Under the pieces are notes generated by a model, which saw only the letters and a program-made list of their open reading frames with translations, was not told the origin of the DNA and made no database searches. Position numbers and translations under genes: made by a program. This document shows positions 29,240 to 44,792 of a DNA stretch of 64,000 nucleotides, piece after piece (positions within the stretch are counted from its first letter, which is position 1; every line of letters starts with the position of its first letter). Source of the stretch: Felis catus (taxonomy: Eukaryota); assembly GCF_018350175.1 (NCBI RefSeq), contig NC_058383.1, forward strand, positions 28,212,001 to 28,276,000, in the 5' to 3' direction.

Positions 29240-29666
29240 TGTTCTAGGAATTCCTGAATTCCTAGCCCCCAGGAGCTCCGAACGTGACTGTATTTGGAGA
29301 CAAGTTATCTGCAGGTGTAATGAGTTGAGGTGAGGTCATTGGGGTGGGCCCTAATCCCATATAACTGGTGTCATTACAAAAAGGGGAAATTGAGAGACAG
29401 AAACACGCCAGGTTTCTGTGTGAAAGACGGAGGCAGATGTGGGGGTGGTGCATCTATAAGCCACTGGCCGCCAGCAGCTCTCCAGAAGCCGGGGGGGGGG
29501 GGGGGGGGGGTGGAACAGCCCTCCCTCAGAGCCCCGGAAAGAATCAGTCCGGTGAACACCTCGGTCTTTGGCTTCCATTCTCCCAAACTGTGAGAGATTG
29601 AATTTCTGTTGCTTCAGCCACTCAGCCTGTGGCACTCTGTCAAGGAAGCCCTAGGGAGTTGATACA
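29240..29666 (+). mobile_element. MLT1B/C-like MaLR solo LTR inserted in an L2 3' end
   Basis: gtgactgtatttggaga...gaggtcattggggtgggccctaatcc...aatttctgttgcttcagccac; L2-like end resumes after ~29667. Confidence 0.75.
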
Positions 29667-30692
29667 AGCACTCAACACATAGTAGTAGATGCTTAATAAA
29701 AATCTGAATGACTACCTCGATGAAGAGTAGACAGCTCTTTCTTAGGGACCGGCCCCATTCACAGCTACGGGAACCCGGCCGTCCCTGACACGGAAGGGAC
29801 AGGTTTCCCTAAACCTCACTTTCCTCACCAGTGAACCGGGAATAACAATTCTACTCCCTCGTGAGTCGATGGAAGGGGTCAACAAGGGAACTCCGGCAGA
29901 GAACAGGGGCCCGGGAAGCCCTCAGCAAGCAGCGGCTGTGTCTTAGATCCGTATCACAGACGTTCCGAGAACAAAAGCACCCGTGCAAATTGCCCAACGA
30001 GGCAGTCCCGCAGCCCTGCCCCTGTGGACAGTCTATCTGAGGCCTCCCTGGGGACAAAGCACATAAAGAACGTGCCCCGGAGGCTGGGGGAGTCTGTAAT
30101 TTGCTCCTGGAGATGGGAGATCAGGGCCGGAAGAGCAATCTCTCGTTTTCATTCTTAGCAATCGCCGCGAGCCAAGGAGCAAAGGTGTCAGATGACCTCT
30201 TCCCTCTCTGTGGGGTCAGAGCTCCAAGCAGAGAGGGGAGGAGAGGAGCCTCTGAGATGCCAGTCTGAGTGATGCAACACAGGGCAGCCTGAAGGCGGCA
30301 AACCAATCCCCTGAAATTTAAGCCAACAGAGAGGAGAGGACAGATTCTTAGAAGTCTCACCACAGAAGCCTTCAAATAAGGACAGGGTGAGGTTCCAGCT
30401 TTCGGAGTCCTGGCCCGAGAGGACACAGTGGGTGCGGCAGGTGGGAAGGGGGCAGGTCTGCACTGACCTGGCAGGTGCCAAGGGCATGGGGTGAAGAGAT
30501 GGGCACTCTTCCCGGGGCGGGTAATGACAACAGCTGTCATGGCCCGAACACTATGTGCCAGGCACTACGCCCAAGGCTCTATGGAATTCAGCACATGAAA
30601 TTTGCACCGAGCGCCAGAAGACCGCTCTGTTATTATCAGTGGGGAAACTGAGGCTCAGAAGGGTTTGGGGGACCCTAGTAAGAGGGGCAGTG

Positions 30693-30888
30693 GGGGGCAC
30701 CTGGGTGGTTCAGTCGGTTAAGCATCCCACTTCGGCTCGAGTCATGATCTCACGGTTCTTGGGTTCGAGCTCCACGTCGGGCTCTGGGCTGACAGCTCGG
30801 AGCCTGGAGCCTGCTTCGGATTCTGTGTCTCCCTCTCTCTCTGCCCCCACCCTCTCTCTTTCAAAAATAAACATTAAAAAAAAAAAAA
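30693..30888 (+). mobile_element. Can-SINE inserted in a MIR
   Basis: TSD aagaggggca on both sides. Confidence 0.92.
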
Positions 30889-31135
30889 AGAGGGGCAATG
30901 GGACTCAAACCGAGGTCTTGCCAACCAGCAGCCTACAACCCCCACGGCCCTCACATCTGTTCTAGATTATGCCATACAAAGTCACTGCTTCCCACAGCCT
31001 CTTGAGAACCTCACCACCGTCCCTGTGCCTGCCGAGAGAACACTCAAGCTCGGCCCAGAGCCACATCGCAGGAAAGTAGCAGGACTTGGGCCCAGATCTG
31101 CTGCCCCCGCCGCAAAGCGCTGGCACACCCCCTTA

Positions 31136-31498
<363 letters not shown>

Positions 31499-31937
31499 CT
31501 ACGCCTAGCGGCCAAGCTCGAGTCTGAGCGCTGGGGACGCCCCCATCTACGGGTGCCTCCCTTCAACACTCACCTGCCAGGAGCTGGGGGGCCGCAGGGA
31601 GGGAAACAGATCCCAGCCCCACACTCCAGGGTCGGGGGAGAAAGGACCAATACAAGTGCAACACGGCGGGTGCTGGGGGGGTAGGAGACCGAGGGCGGAA
31701 GGTTGCAATTTTAACAAGGGTGATGGGGAAGCCTATTTGTGAACAGAAATCTGAAGGATGAGAGGGAGGCAGGTCCAAGAACAGAAAAATGACACAGATA
31801 CAAAACAATCTGTGTGCCGTGGCGTAATTTTCTTTTCAGGTAATCCCCCACCTCCCAAAAGACACTACAAAACTCGTACGTCTGTATATATTTTATCCAG
31901 TTAAGTCAAGGTTTGGAAGGACGTTCATCAAACGACA

Positions 31938-32290
31938 CGAGTCGGCAAACTTTTTCTTAAAGGGCCAAATGGTAAATACTTTTGGCTTTATGGATCCTCC
32001 GGTTGCTACGGCAACCGGTGGTGAAGTTGCCACAGCGTGAAGGTGGTCGTACATACGATGGGAAAAGATGGTCTGTGACCCAATAAATATATATTATATA
32101 AATAAAATATGTACATGTATTATATAGAAACATAAATATAAAAATATATTTAAACTCAATGCAATTTGCATATGTCACAAATTTTTTTTTTCCCCCTCCA
32201 GATTTTTTCCAACCGCTTCAGAAATGTAAAGACCAGTCTTAGCCAGTCTTAGCTCAAGGGTGGTACAGAAACAGACAGCAAGCGGCCTGG
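31938..32290. mobile_element. MER58-like DNA transposon relic with an AT-rich core
   Basis: gtcggcaaactttttcttaaagggccaaatggtaaatacttttggcttt. Confidence 0.7.
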
Positions 32291-33103
32291 TGACACCTGT
32301 CTCCTGAGACAGGGCCTAGGACGCAGGACAAAGGAGGGCCATTTTTTTTTTTTTTTTTTTTGCTTTACGTATAACTCTTACACTCTTTTAGATTTTTGAT
32401 AACGAAACTTTTTAAATTGAAAATTATGTTTATCCAGAATTTTTATGGTGTGTACAGGATGATGCTTACAATAGGTTAAGTGCCTTGAGGTCCATTATGT
32501 ATACACATGACATGATAACCTATTTATAAGGCTTGAAATAAAAAAATCTGCATGGGGTAGGGTTGTCCAAAATTGCTTTTTTTTTTTCTTTGTTGTGTTT
32601 TTCTGAATCTTTTCTATTTTCCCCATGGACATGTGGAAAATACTTCTTTCTCCAAAAGAAAAAAACCGAAAAGCAGTACTCCTTCTCAACCATCCTATAA
32701 TTCCCCTAAAAATGATGATGATGATGATGATGATGATAAACAGGTGGGGACACATTTCCTGTCATGTACGGGTGCTATAGGCACTCTTCCTGCTCCCAAC
32801 CTCCGTCCCTCAGCCTACAGCCACGTCAGCAGGGAAGGGAGAGCTGCCCCATCAGTCAAAAGGGATAGGATTTCCCTCTGCAAAGCCGCCCATTATTAAA
32901 TCGGGAAGAGGAGCCTCCTTTGGCCACGTGAAGGCAAGGACTTCAAGTCAGTGTCAAGGACGTCCCCCTATAAGGACAAGAGCAAGAAAGCTGTCCCAGA
33001 AAGGCATGCAAGGGAAGCATTAGAAACGTGTTCTGAAGTCCAATTAAAAAAATGGGGGGGGGGGGGGGTGGGCACTTGGGTGGCTCAGTTAAAAAAATGG
33101 GGT

Positions 33104-33781
<678 letters not shown>

Positions 33782-34459
33782 TCAACCCTAAAACAGGCAG
33801 AAGAGAAAACTGGAGCCCCTGGGAGCTGCTGAGCAGACAGCTGGCACAGCGTGGGCATTCGGCAAGGGGCGGCCCGTGGCACCAAGCAACAGGAAGGCTC
33901 CGGATCTTGGAGTCTGACAGAAGGCACCGGCAGATGCCGTAACGAGCCCGCTGCTGCTGCTTTAGTTAATAGCTACCACTTTGGCGCGCTTCCTCTGATC
34001 TCTCACTCACGGTGAAACCACAGAGAGCCAAGGCAGGCTGCACTCTGGGGGTGCCGAAGTTCCCCCCCCACTCACCAGTAGGAAGGGCACCGATTTCTAA
34101 TTCACACCAGGGCGCTCCATGGAGCACGCCGCAGCAGTCACAGCTCTCCCTCCGACTACAGATTATCGATTACCGACTGTCATTTCCATCTATGGCTGGG
34201 AAGTCCAAGTGGACCCACCGCCGGGTTAATGGGGCCCAGTCTCTGCTGAGACAGATGCCTGCCCTCCCTACACACCCAGGTGGGGCTCAGGCAGCCAGGT
34301 TCTTTTTGATGGCCCCTCCGGCCACAGCTCTTTGGCCCGGGGCAGACGCCAGACCCAGTCATACTCTCTCGCTCTAGACTTTTATTGGCAGCCAGACCGG
34401 GACTGGCTGAGGAGTCTCCATGTGGCAGAAACAGACACGTGCGTTAAAACAACTAACTC

Positions 34460-34665
34460 AGGGCCAGCTGGGTGGCTCAAGTCGGTTGACCGTCCAACTT
34501 TGGCTCAAGTCATTATCTCACAGTTAGTGAGTTCAAGCCTCGCATCAGGCTCTGTGCTGACAGCTCGGAGCCTGGAGCCTGCTTCGGATTCTGTCACCCT
34601 CTGTCTCTCTGCTCCTCCCCCGCTCACGCTCTGTCTCTCTCTCTCTCAAAAATAAGCAAACATTA
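34460..34665 (+). mobile_element. Can-SINE
   Basis: Head, body and short tail. Confidence 0.88.
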
Positions 34666-35225
34666 GTGGGAAGGTGTTTGGACAAGTCACTTAGCCCCCT
34701 CCATGCCTCTCTTTCCTCAACCATGAAATGCAAATGACAGTCAATCCCCTCTCATGGCTTGCCGTGAGGATGAAATACATAAAAATGTCTATCCTGGTGC
34801 CTGGCACATAGTAAATGCCCAACAGCTGCTGGCGACCATATTATTTTTACTATTATCGCTGCTTTGAAAGGGACTGTGGACATCTGAATCACTGGCACCC
34901 CTCCTCCCTGTAGAGCGCCCTGTCATGTGACTCCACAGTCACATGACTGCAAAGGCGAAGGGCACTTCCTGCTCTCCCATCTTTCAGTTCGACCAGGTGA
35001 AAAGGACAATATGCTTTAAGGGACACCATGTGGTTTTTTCTGTCTCTCTTGGGCTTCTGCTGTCACCATGAGAAGGGTGTCCCCCTGTAGAGCTATCGCC
35101 CCTTCAGCCAAAGCCCCAGCAAAAAGCCATGCAGGGCGGACCCCAGCCAAACCCATGGCCTAGAGGCGAGCTCAGCTGGCCCATGACACAGAGCAGAGCT
35201 GCCTGACTGAGCCCAGTGTGGGTCA

Positions 35226-35501
<276 letters not shown>

Positions 35502-35801
35502 CTAGGCAGCAAATACAGAAGGCAGCAAGACAGACAGACAGACTTGGTTAACAAGATGGCAGCTGGCCCATCCACTCGCCAGAAGGATTCTACTTCCCGA
35601 GATGCTCAGCAAGGGGGAAACTGAGTCACGACAGACTCAGATGCCAGACCTGGGATCAGACCCCACACTAGGTCAACCACAGACTCTAATATCAGGGATT
35701 CAAGAGTGGAAATCCGCATTAGTGAGGTTACAGTTCTGTATTTAGTTAAGAATTCACTAAATGCCTCTAGCAGTGAACAAAACTCCGGCCTCTCAAGAAG
35801 T

Positions 35802-36543
35802 GGGGCACCTAGGTGGCTCAGTCAGTTAAGCATCCGACTTCGGCTCAGGTCATGATCTCACGGTTTGTGAGTTCAAACCCCAAATCGGGTGAGCTGTATC
35901 CCCGATTCAGGCTCTACAACGACACTGGAGAGCCTGTGCGGGATTCTCTCTCTGTGCCCTTCTGTGGCATTCTCGGATTCTCTCCCAATCTCTCTGCCCT
36001 TGCTCACTTGCACTGTTTCCCAAAAATAAAAAAACTTAAAAAAAAGAAGAAGTCCCTGATGTGATAAAAAAAAAAAAAAAGTATTTGATTACAGTTTGGG
36101 GTAAATGCTAAGAGAGAAAAAAAATGAGTCCTTTAAAAAGTCCTTTAAGGGGCACCTGGGTAGCTCAGTTGGTTAAGTGACTGACTCTTGGTTTCAGCTC
36201 AGGTCATTATCTCACGACTTTGTGGGTTCAAGCCCCACATTGGGCTCTGTGCTGGCAGCACAGAGCCTGCTTGGGATTCTCTCTCTCTCCCTGTCTTTGC
36301 CCCTCCCCTGCTTATGCTGTCTGTCCCTCTCAAATAAACAAACTTTAAAATAAATAAATAAAAATAAATACATACATCAATAAAAAGTCCTTTAGAAGGG
36401 AGCCAGGATGACTCAGTCGGTTCAGCGTCTGACTCTTGATTTCAGCTCAGGTCATAATATCACAGTTGTGAGACTGAACTCTGCACTGGGCTCTGTGCTG
36501 AACATGAAGCCTACCTGGGATTCTCTCTCTCTGTTTCTCTCTC

Positions 36544-36575
<32 letters not shown>
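35802..36575 (+). mobile_element. Three tandem Can-SINEs (~35802-36050, ~36149-36385, ~36398-36575)
   Basis: Three heads and A tails; aaaaagtccttt flanks and separates the last two copies. Confidence 0.88.
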
Positions 36576-36579
<4 letters not shown>

Positions 36580-36946
36580 TTTGAAAAGAGAGACCTAGCT
36601 TGAGTCATCAGGGAAGGATTCCTTGGGGAAATATCCTTGAGGAAATTTAATCAAGGTTACTTCTATGTCAAGTCATCTGTTTCAAAGGACCAACAGGTGA
36701 GGGTTAGTTGGTGTGACAAAGGAGAAATGGAAAAGCATTCCAGTCAGAGGGAACAGCATGCGCAAAGGTCCAGAGACAAGTAGAACCTGGCACGTCCAAG
36801 GAACAGGAAGGCCAGGATGACTGGAACATCGTGTGAAGGGGAAGACAGGTAGGAGTGAGCTGGAGGGCAGCAAGGGCCGGCCCACCCCAGGCCAGGGATC
36901 CGGGTGAGGAGCCTGGGCTTTACTGGAAGGGCAAGGGGAGCAAAGA

Positions 36947-37184
36947 TTTTTTTTTTTTTTAATGTTTATCTATTTTTGAGAGAGAGAGAGAGAGAGAGAG
37001 AGAGGCAGGCGCACAGAGCGTGCATGTGTGCGAGCAGCAGAGAGAGGGGGGGAGAGCGAATCCCAAGCAGGCTCTGTGCTGCCAGGGCAAACCCCGATGT
37101 GGGGCCTGAACTCACAAACCGTGAGATCACGACCTAAGCCCACCAAGAGTCGGACACTTACCCGACTGAGCCACCCAGGAGCCG
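36947..37184 (-). mobile_element. Can-SINE
   Basis: Reverse-complement full element. Confidence 0.88.
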
Positions 37185-37877
37185 CTACGAGTGAAGGTTC
37201 TTCCATAAGGGAATTCTAAAGGGATACGGTTGGGAGAGGGACCCAGGTGTTTCAAATCTCAATCTTCATTCTCAGATAAATAACTAAACTAATACCCTAA
37301 CTGACAAGAGGCCAAAATGTCACAAAGTCTCACCACAGAACCCACAGAAAATTGAGACACGGCATACCCAAGTAAAATATTTGGAGAAAATTAATATTTT
37401 AAACACATTTCTAGCATGCTCCTTTGCAGGGCAAAATAACCAGTCAGAGAAATCAGTTCATCAAACCAAATACTCAGTGCACCCTCAACTTCTAGATGCA
37501 TCATTTCTGCATTTAAAGCCTTTTTTTTTTACTTTAAAAAATTTTGCTCTCTGGGGGACATGGGACAACATCTAGACACTCCTGGTTATCACAACCGGAG
37601 TCTGCTATCAGCATCTAGTGGACAGAGGGCAGGAATGCGGCTAAGAATGGTACACAGCATAGGACAAGCCCACCACAGCAGAAAAGCATCCAGCCCGACA
37701 CGTCAAGAGCGCTACGGTGGTGGAAACGCATTAACGAAGCAGAACACAATGGGGACAGTTTGGAGTCTACTTCCAGAAACGTAGGGCACACTGCCCATTA
37801 AGCTCACTTTATAACGTGTACTTTCAAAGCAGCGACGGAATATTTCTGAAAACCGCAGCTAAATGCCTTTAGTGTAT

Positions 37878-38104
37878 GGGGCGCCTGGGTGGCTCAGTCA
37901 GTTGAGCGTCCGACTTCGGCTCAGGTCACGATCTCACGGTTCGCGAGCTCGAGCCCCGCGTCGGGCTCTGGGCTGACGGCTCAGAGCCTGGAACCTGCTT
38001 CCGATTCTGTGTCTCCCTCTCTCTGACCCTCCCCCGTTCATGCTCTGTCTCTCTTTGTCCCAAAAATAAATAAACGTTAAAAAAAAAAAATTTTTTTTTT
38101 TTAA
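37878..38104 (+). mobile_element. Young Can-SINE
   Basis: Perfect TSD taaatgcctttagtgta at 37860-37876 and 38105-38121. Confidence 0.94.
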
Positions 38105-39022
38105 TAAATGCCTTTAGTGTAGACCCAACTAACGTAACGTATACTTTCTACCGATGCATACCAGGCTAAAGGGCCTCATATAAACAAAGAAAAACACGAA
38201 ACAAAAAAAACAAAAACAAAAAACCCAAAGAACAAAAAAAGGACTTTGCTCTGAAGTAAAAACAACTGCATAAACCAGCGTTACTAGGAGGAGATTCCAA
38301 GGGACAATAGTTCTGGGGATGCAAATAGTTGCACGGGCCAAGTATGCCTGGGACACACTGGGTTAACCAAACTTAAATCAGCTTTCTTCTCCTTGTGGGA
38401 CTTCTCAGAACCTTTACTTTATTCACGTTTATTTTAAGTCTCCAAGAGGGAGGGGAGCTGCGTGTGCATTCTCTCCCGAGCCTGTCTGAGCCCAGAACTC
38501 TCCTCCTCAAACAACCGCAGATGAGTCTAGCAGACCACGCTGAAGGACTGGTGGCCAGGAAACTTCGAGGGACGCTTCCTACTCCAGGGCAACTCCTTCA
38601 TGGCGAATCAGCTAAACGCAAAACAAGGCTCTTGACTTACAGCGAGATTCATGTGTTCACTGAAGCAGCCTCTTAAATTCTCTCTTGAGGAATATTCCAA
38701 CTTAGCTCCAAGTCCCATGCATTTTAAAAACCAATAAATCTCTAGTTCTTCTTCCATTCTTCTATTAAGAATTCAAGGAAACACTCAGAATTTAAACAGC
38801 TCTCTTAACAAGAATTCTCCAACACAATATCCCAGGTCAAAAATGTTACATTTTGTTACATTTCTAAAAAGAGATACAGACACAGATCCACCGACAGACA
38901 ACAAGCCAGAGGGACTCACGTGTCAAGAGAGACCACAAGATGCACACTGAGGGCCAGAGGTGGCGAGAGGATTGGAGACAGTGAGCGGACCAGGGAGCAT
39001 CCGTGTGTTCACAGAGTATTTA

Positions 39023-39556
<534 letters not shown>

Positions 39557-41489
39557 TCAGCGAGCGTGCGAGGGCCTGGGCACATGAGGCTCCAGGCAGG
39601 CGCTGGGATGCGCACGTGTCTTAGAGACGCAGAGGCAGCGGGAGTCACCTGGGCGGCCAGATCATGATCAGGGGGCCAGATTAACCATGCAGGCGACCTG
39701 AGGGACAGACAGGAGCCTCAACGTGAACTCTGAAGGAAGAGTAAGCAGCACCAGACACAGAAACCCAGGAAGAGCTTAAGACAAGGCCCCAGGGTGTGAA
39801 CGGACAGGTGTGATCGGGGCTTGACAAGTCGACGGCACAGGACGAGGCAGAGGGGAGTAAGGCCAGCCCTGAAGAGGTGGGTGGGCAGCAGGCACGCCCG
39901 AAAACCTCAAAGCTCGCTGTGCTGGGGGCCTCGGAGTTTGAAGCGGGGGACCTGCCATGGAGGAATCCGAGTCTGAGAAACACGTCTCTACGGAAACCAT
40001 CCTTTCACAAACGATGGTACCCCGAGTACGACAGTAAGCTCCAGGCTCCACTGGCAAGACCGCCCGTCCAATGACACGGGCCAGTCGCTGGCTGCAGTCA
40101 GGGCCTCTTTGGGTTCACTCACCCTGGCTGTGCTTTTCGATGGATGCCGTTACGATTTCAACATATTAGTGCAAGCGTTAGATTCTGCTATCGCTGACTG
40201 TTTAAAGCTCGTGAACCGATTATGCTTTTGTTCCTGAGCTGAGGGGCGAATGGACGAGGGGGCCACAACAGAAGAGGACGCCCAGCGAGGCGGCTCCTGT
40301 GACTGTCCAGGTGAGAATGGGTTATTTTTATAGGGTGAGGAGAGAAAAGGTTTGGGTGGGGAAAGGTTTGGGGAGTTCAAGAGCGGAAGTGGGGGTGGGG
40401 CGCATGGAACAAAAAGACAAGAGAGACAGACAAGAGAGAAAAGCTAGAAGTGAAGCAGGCAGGAGCGAAGTTGGACATAAGGAAGAACTTCCCAAGCATG
40501 CAGCCCCACCATGAATTTTCCAGGTGTAGAAAGAATTTTACCAAGATTCTTTTCTCTAGAGTCTGTCCCCCATGCTTCCTCAGTCGATATACAGCAATAA
40601 TTCGGCTACCCAGTGAGGAGGTAATTGTGAAGGGGCATGGGGGATAAATTTGGCCCCTGAAAAGGTTCCTTCTGGCCCTGTATTTTGGGGACTCCTTTGA
40701 GGAAGCCTGACAGAGCCGGTGAGAAAGGCCTCCCCAGCTCAGAAACAAACAAGAGGCACTTGACAAGTTGCCTGGGGAACCAGGTCAATTCCTAGACACT
40801 GTGCTTTGGTACCAGATGGGGAGGTGGCAAGGAAGGGTGACTCGGCAGCTGTAGGCCTGGGAGAGGACAGAGAACAATTCCATCCGGACAAATGCCTTCC
40901 GACAAAAATTCCTTTCAGCAGACCCAAGCCTGCCTGCAACCTGTAGCATCGCAGCCTTAGACCCAGCCTGGCCAATCAGTACGCTCTATCTCTCCTGGCA
41001 CAGTGTTTGGCTCAGTGAGGGGCACATGACCCAACCAGGACCAATAAGAGCCAGCTGGGTCTCCCACCGAAGTAAGGGGCACACTGGGAGCTGACGGGGT
41101 CTGTTTCCCATCATGAGTGGGGAGGCAGCTTGAGAAGGAAGCAGCACACAGGGAAACCGAACAAAGTCAAGATGGAGAGAATCCTGATGGCACAGAGTCC
41201 CTGGATCATGCTGTACCTGACAGTGGCTCTGAGTTATGCAAGCCAAAAACTGTTGCCCAAACCCATATGTGCACGGTTTCTGTCTTTTACAATCCAAGGG
41301 AACCCTCCGTGCCAGCACACTCTCATCTGCTCCTTCCTGCAGCCCTGACAGGTAGGACTAGACCTATTTCCCCGACGGGTAAATTGAGGCTCAGAAAGGC
41401 ACAGTGGCTTATTCAGGGTCAAAGAGCTAGAGTGTGGCTGGAATCCACATTTGACCAGAGCCTCCTGGCTCTCTCCACGTCCTGGCTTA

Positions 41490-41690
<201 letters not shown>

Positions 41691-42519
41691 CTAGATACTT
41701 GCACTAGACATTATCTGGTTATATCAGCTCTGGTTTCTAAAGAACCCCAACCAGACCCACAAAGCAGAAGGAACCACAACAGGGCTCTGCCTCGAAGGTT
41801 ACACCATCCAGAGGCCCATCTCGCACAGGGTGGGGAGAGCCCCTGGGGGTTTACTCATAGCTCTGAGGTCCCCGTCCCCCCATCTTGGGAAGATCGGGCA
41901 GCTCTGGCTGGGGACGCTGAGCAGAAGCCAGGGTCAACAGGGAACAAGCACTGCTCTCCATCGGGTGGGCCTGGCCCTTGGCCCTCACCACCCCCTAGGC
42001 CCTTGCTTTCTGTTCAAAGCGGGGTCCTTGGCCCAGAGCTACTGGATTGCAGGGTGGCCTCCTAATGCACCTCCCAGGATCCCTTCTCCCGCCACCCCTG
42101 CTCCCAACGCAGCAGGTCCAACTTCCTGAAACAGCAGGCAGGTGAACTGTGAAAAAGCAGGCTGTGGAACAGGAGGTGGGGTATCACAGGGTGGAAGGGG
42201 GGGGGAAGAGCGGCAGACAAAGCCCGCATTCTGTGGATAATGGCTCCTGGGGATTCTAAGCTCCCAGCACCTCTTCCTTCACTTTCTCTCCCCTTCTCTC
42301 CCTTTTATGCTTTATGCCTCCTTACTTAAAAAAAAAAAAAAAAAAAAATTTTTTTGACCCTTCATTATGAGCCTCCGTAAAACCACCTAGAGATAAGATG
42401 GGCGTGTTTTCAAGCTGTCAAATAAAGAAGTAAATTCCCCCACACAGAGAAGAAACAAAAGCCCGTTGCAAGAGGAAGTTACTGGTTAACCTAACCTAAC
42501 GAGCCCGGTCTCCAGGCCT

Positions 42520-42560
42520 CCCCGTCCCGTCCCGTCCCGTCCCATCCCGTCCCGTCCCGT
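42520..42560. repeat. (CCCGT)n pentanucleotide repeat
   Basis: About 8 units, one of them cccat. Confidence 0.9.
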
Positions 42561-43072
42561 GTAACACAGACCAAGGAGGAAAGTGGAAGGTGCTATTTAA
42601 GGAATTTAAAGAAAAGCCACTTGAGTCAGACAAGCTAGGAAACCACCAGACCTGGCCGGGAGTGGCCAAAGTGGCCCCATCTGGCACCCAGGGAGTGTGG
42701 ATAAACATCTCAATAAGTCAAACAGCCTAGGAGACTGTCATTAGGGTGGAAAGGGGGTGCTGAGGCCCGGACCACACGAGGAAGCCTGGGGTTTTCCAGA
42801 GGCCTAGGGGTTTTCCAACAGGACACTTGCAGGTAATTGTGAGCAATTTTACTACTCTGAAACCTCCATGGGCTGTCCCAAATTTCAGGCCTGCGTTAGG
42901 CAGAGAAATGTGACCAGGAGTAGATGGCACCGTACCATTTACGGGGGGGTGGGGGGGGGGACTAGGTCCTCAGAATGGGAAGAGGGGAGGGGGGAGACTA
43001 GGTCCTCAGGATGGCAGAAACTGGTAACCACAGGCCAGGAATGTTGAGAAGAAGATTCCAGCATCCAGTGAG

Positions 43073-43289
43073 CAGTGGTTCTTAACCAGGGCAACTTTGC
43101 CCCCCAAGGGATATAATGCCTAGAGGCATTTTTGGTTGTCAAAACTGGGGTGGATTCTACTGGCATCTAGCGGGTGGAGGCCCGGGATGCCCCTCAGCAC
43201 CCTATAAAGCAGAGGACACCCCCCCACACACACACACCGAAGGACCATCTGGCCTTGAATGTCAGCAGTGCCGAGGCTGGGGAACCTGG
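43073..43289. mobile_element. MER20-like DNA transposon relic
   Basis: cagtggttcttaaccagggcaactttgcccccca...ggcatctagcgggtggaggcc...gtcagcagtgccgaggctggggaacctg. Confidence 0.75.
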
Positions 43290-44471
43290 CCGTAGACGGC
43301 TGAGTTGAAAATGTCCCAGATCGCTCCTCTCTTACGCTAGGGACGTAACGGCCACCACAACCGCTGGGTCAGCAGGCACTGGGCTAAGCGTTGCACACAC
43401 CACTGAAGACATCTGAATGCCTACTTGGTGCCAGGCACTACTTGTACCTTACAACCAACGTCTACACACATTCATGCCTCGGACAGTATTTCTTGGGCTC
43501 CTGAGCCTGTTTGAGTCCAATCCCCGCGTGGCCATGTCCTAGCTGGAGAACCTTGAGCCAGTTACTTAACTTCTCTGTGCCTCATTTTCCTCATCTGTCG
43601 ACTAGGACCGATAATAATGAGACGGACCACACAGAGCTGTGCTGCTTGGTGCATAGTAGGTGCTCAATAAAGCTCAGTGAGGGAGACACTCTCCAGTGGA
43701 CTGGGGCACAGATTCCACTGGCCGGCTGTGGGTGCAAATTCTGACTCTACCTCTTATTAGCTGTGTGATCTCAGGCAGGTCACTTAGGCCAGTTTCCTCA
43801 TCTGTAAAATGGGGGTTTCCACAGCTCCTCTGTGTGATGTGTGAGCAGCGGGTGGGGTAGTGTCTGCACGTCCTTAGAGCAGAAAGTGCGTGACAGGAGT
43901 GTCACTTAAGTGAAAGCAGTCACTGCTGGTAATGCTATGAATATGTATTATTAAGTGCTTAGAGATATAGCCATGAGTAAGATCCCCACTCAGGGGGATT
44001 GATGAGGAAAGGATAAATTAGTAAGCTACAAAAAAAAAAAACAAACAAAACAAAACCCAATCAACAATAAAAATCCACGTTAACACCCTGCTAGAGAAAG
44101 GCACCTTCATCCTCATGACCCATATGGGGAAACTGAGACTCAGAGCAGTGAAGTGACCTGCCGAAGGACACAGAGCTAGAAGGTTGGAGCTGGTCTCCCA
44201 ACATCCGTCCTCGGTTTGCCCGCCCATCTGCCCAGAACAGAATCAAGATCTGAGCTCTGGATCCTGTCCCTCGGCGGGAGGCCTCACCTCCAGCTGCCTC
44301 TCGGTGAGGACACACCAAGGAAACAAGTTGAAGTTCAGCCGCCTGGGCGGTGCAAGATAAGGCCACCCCACTCTGCAGAGCCCCCGCTCCCTGGGGCCTC
44401 GCAGACGGGCTTCTGGGCACAGCCAAACCTAAGGGTAGCCTTCGAGGTACAGGGGAACCAAATGCACACAC

Positions 44472-44559
44472 CGTCTTTGCCAGGCTTCCGCTCGATGCTG
44501 TCGGCCTCCAGCTCCTCGTGAGACAGAAAGATCCTGAGGCGTTTGAGGGAGACACTCGC
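44472..44559 (-). CDS. ABCC1: ABCC1 exon 14 (88 nt)
   Basis: ASVSLKRLRIFLSHEELEADSIERKPGKD; tag/gtgtgt. Confidence 0.95.
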
Positions 44560-44792
44560 CTACAGAGAAGGCAATTACAGGGTGCAGTTATTTTTAAAAG
44601 CATTTTTGCGAAAACAGACCGAGGCCGACTTTCAGTGGTTTCCTCTGGGTGTGGAGGGGCCCACATCCTCCCTCATTTCTGGAGGCTCTGCGTTTCCTAC
44701 AAGAGCGGGCCTTAGAATAAAAAACAGAACAGGTTTTGGTTCTTGTTTGTTTTCCTTTAAAAGCCCACGACTCGTATTAAAAAAGAGGGTAG

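Noticed and set aside
36127..36582. CRISPR-like repeat-spacer pattern
   Set aside because: The repeats are 12-bp target-site duplications and the spacers are SINEs in a mammalian intron.
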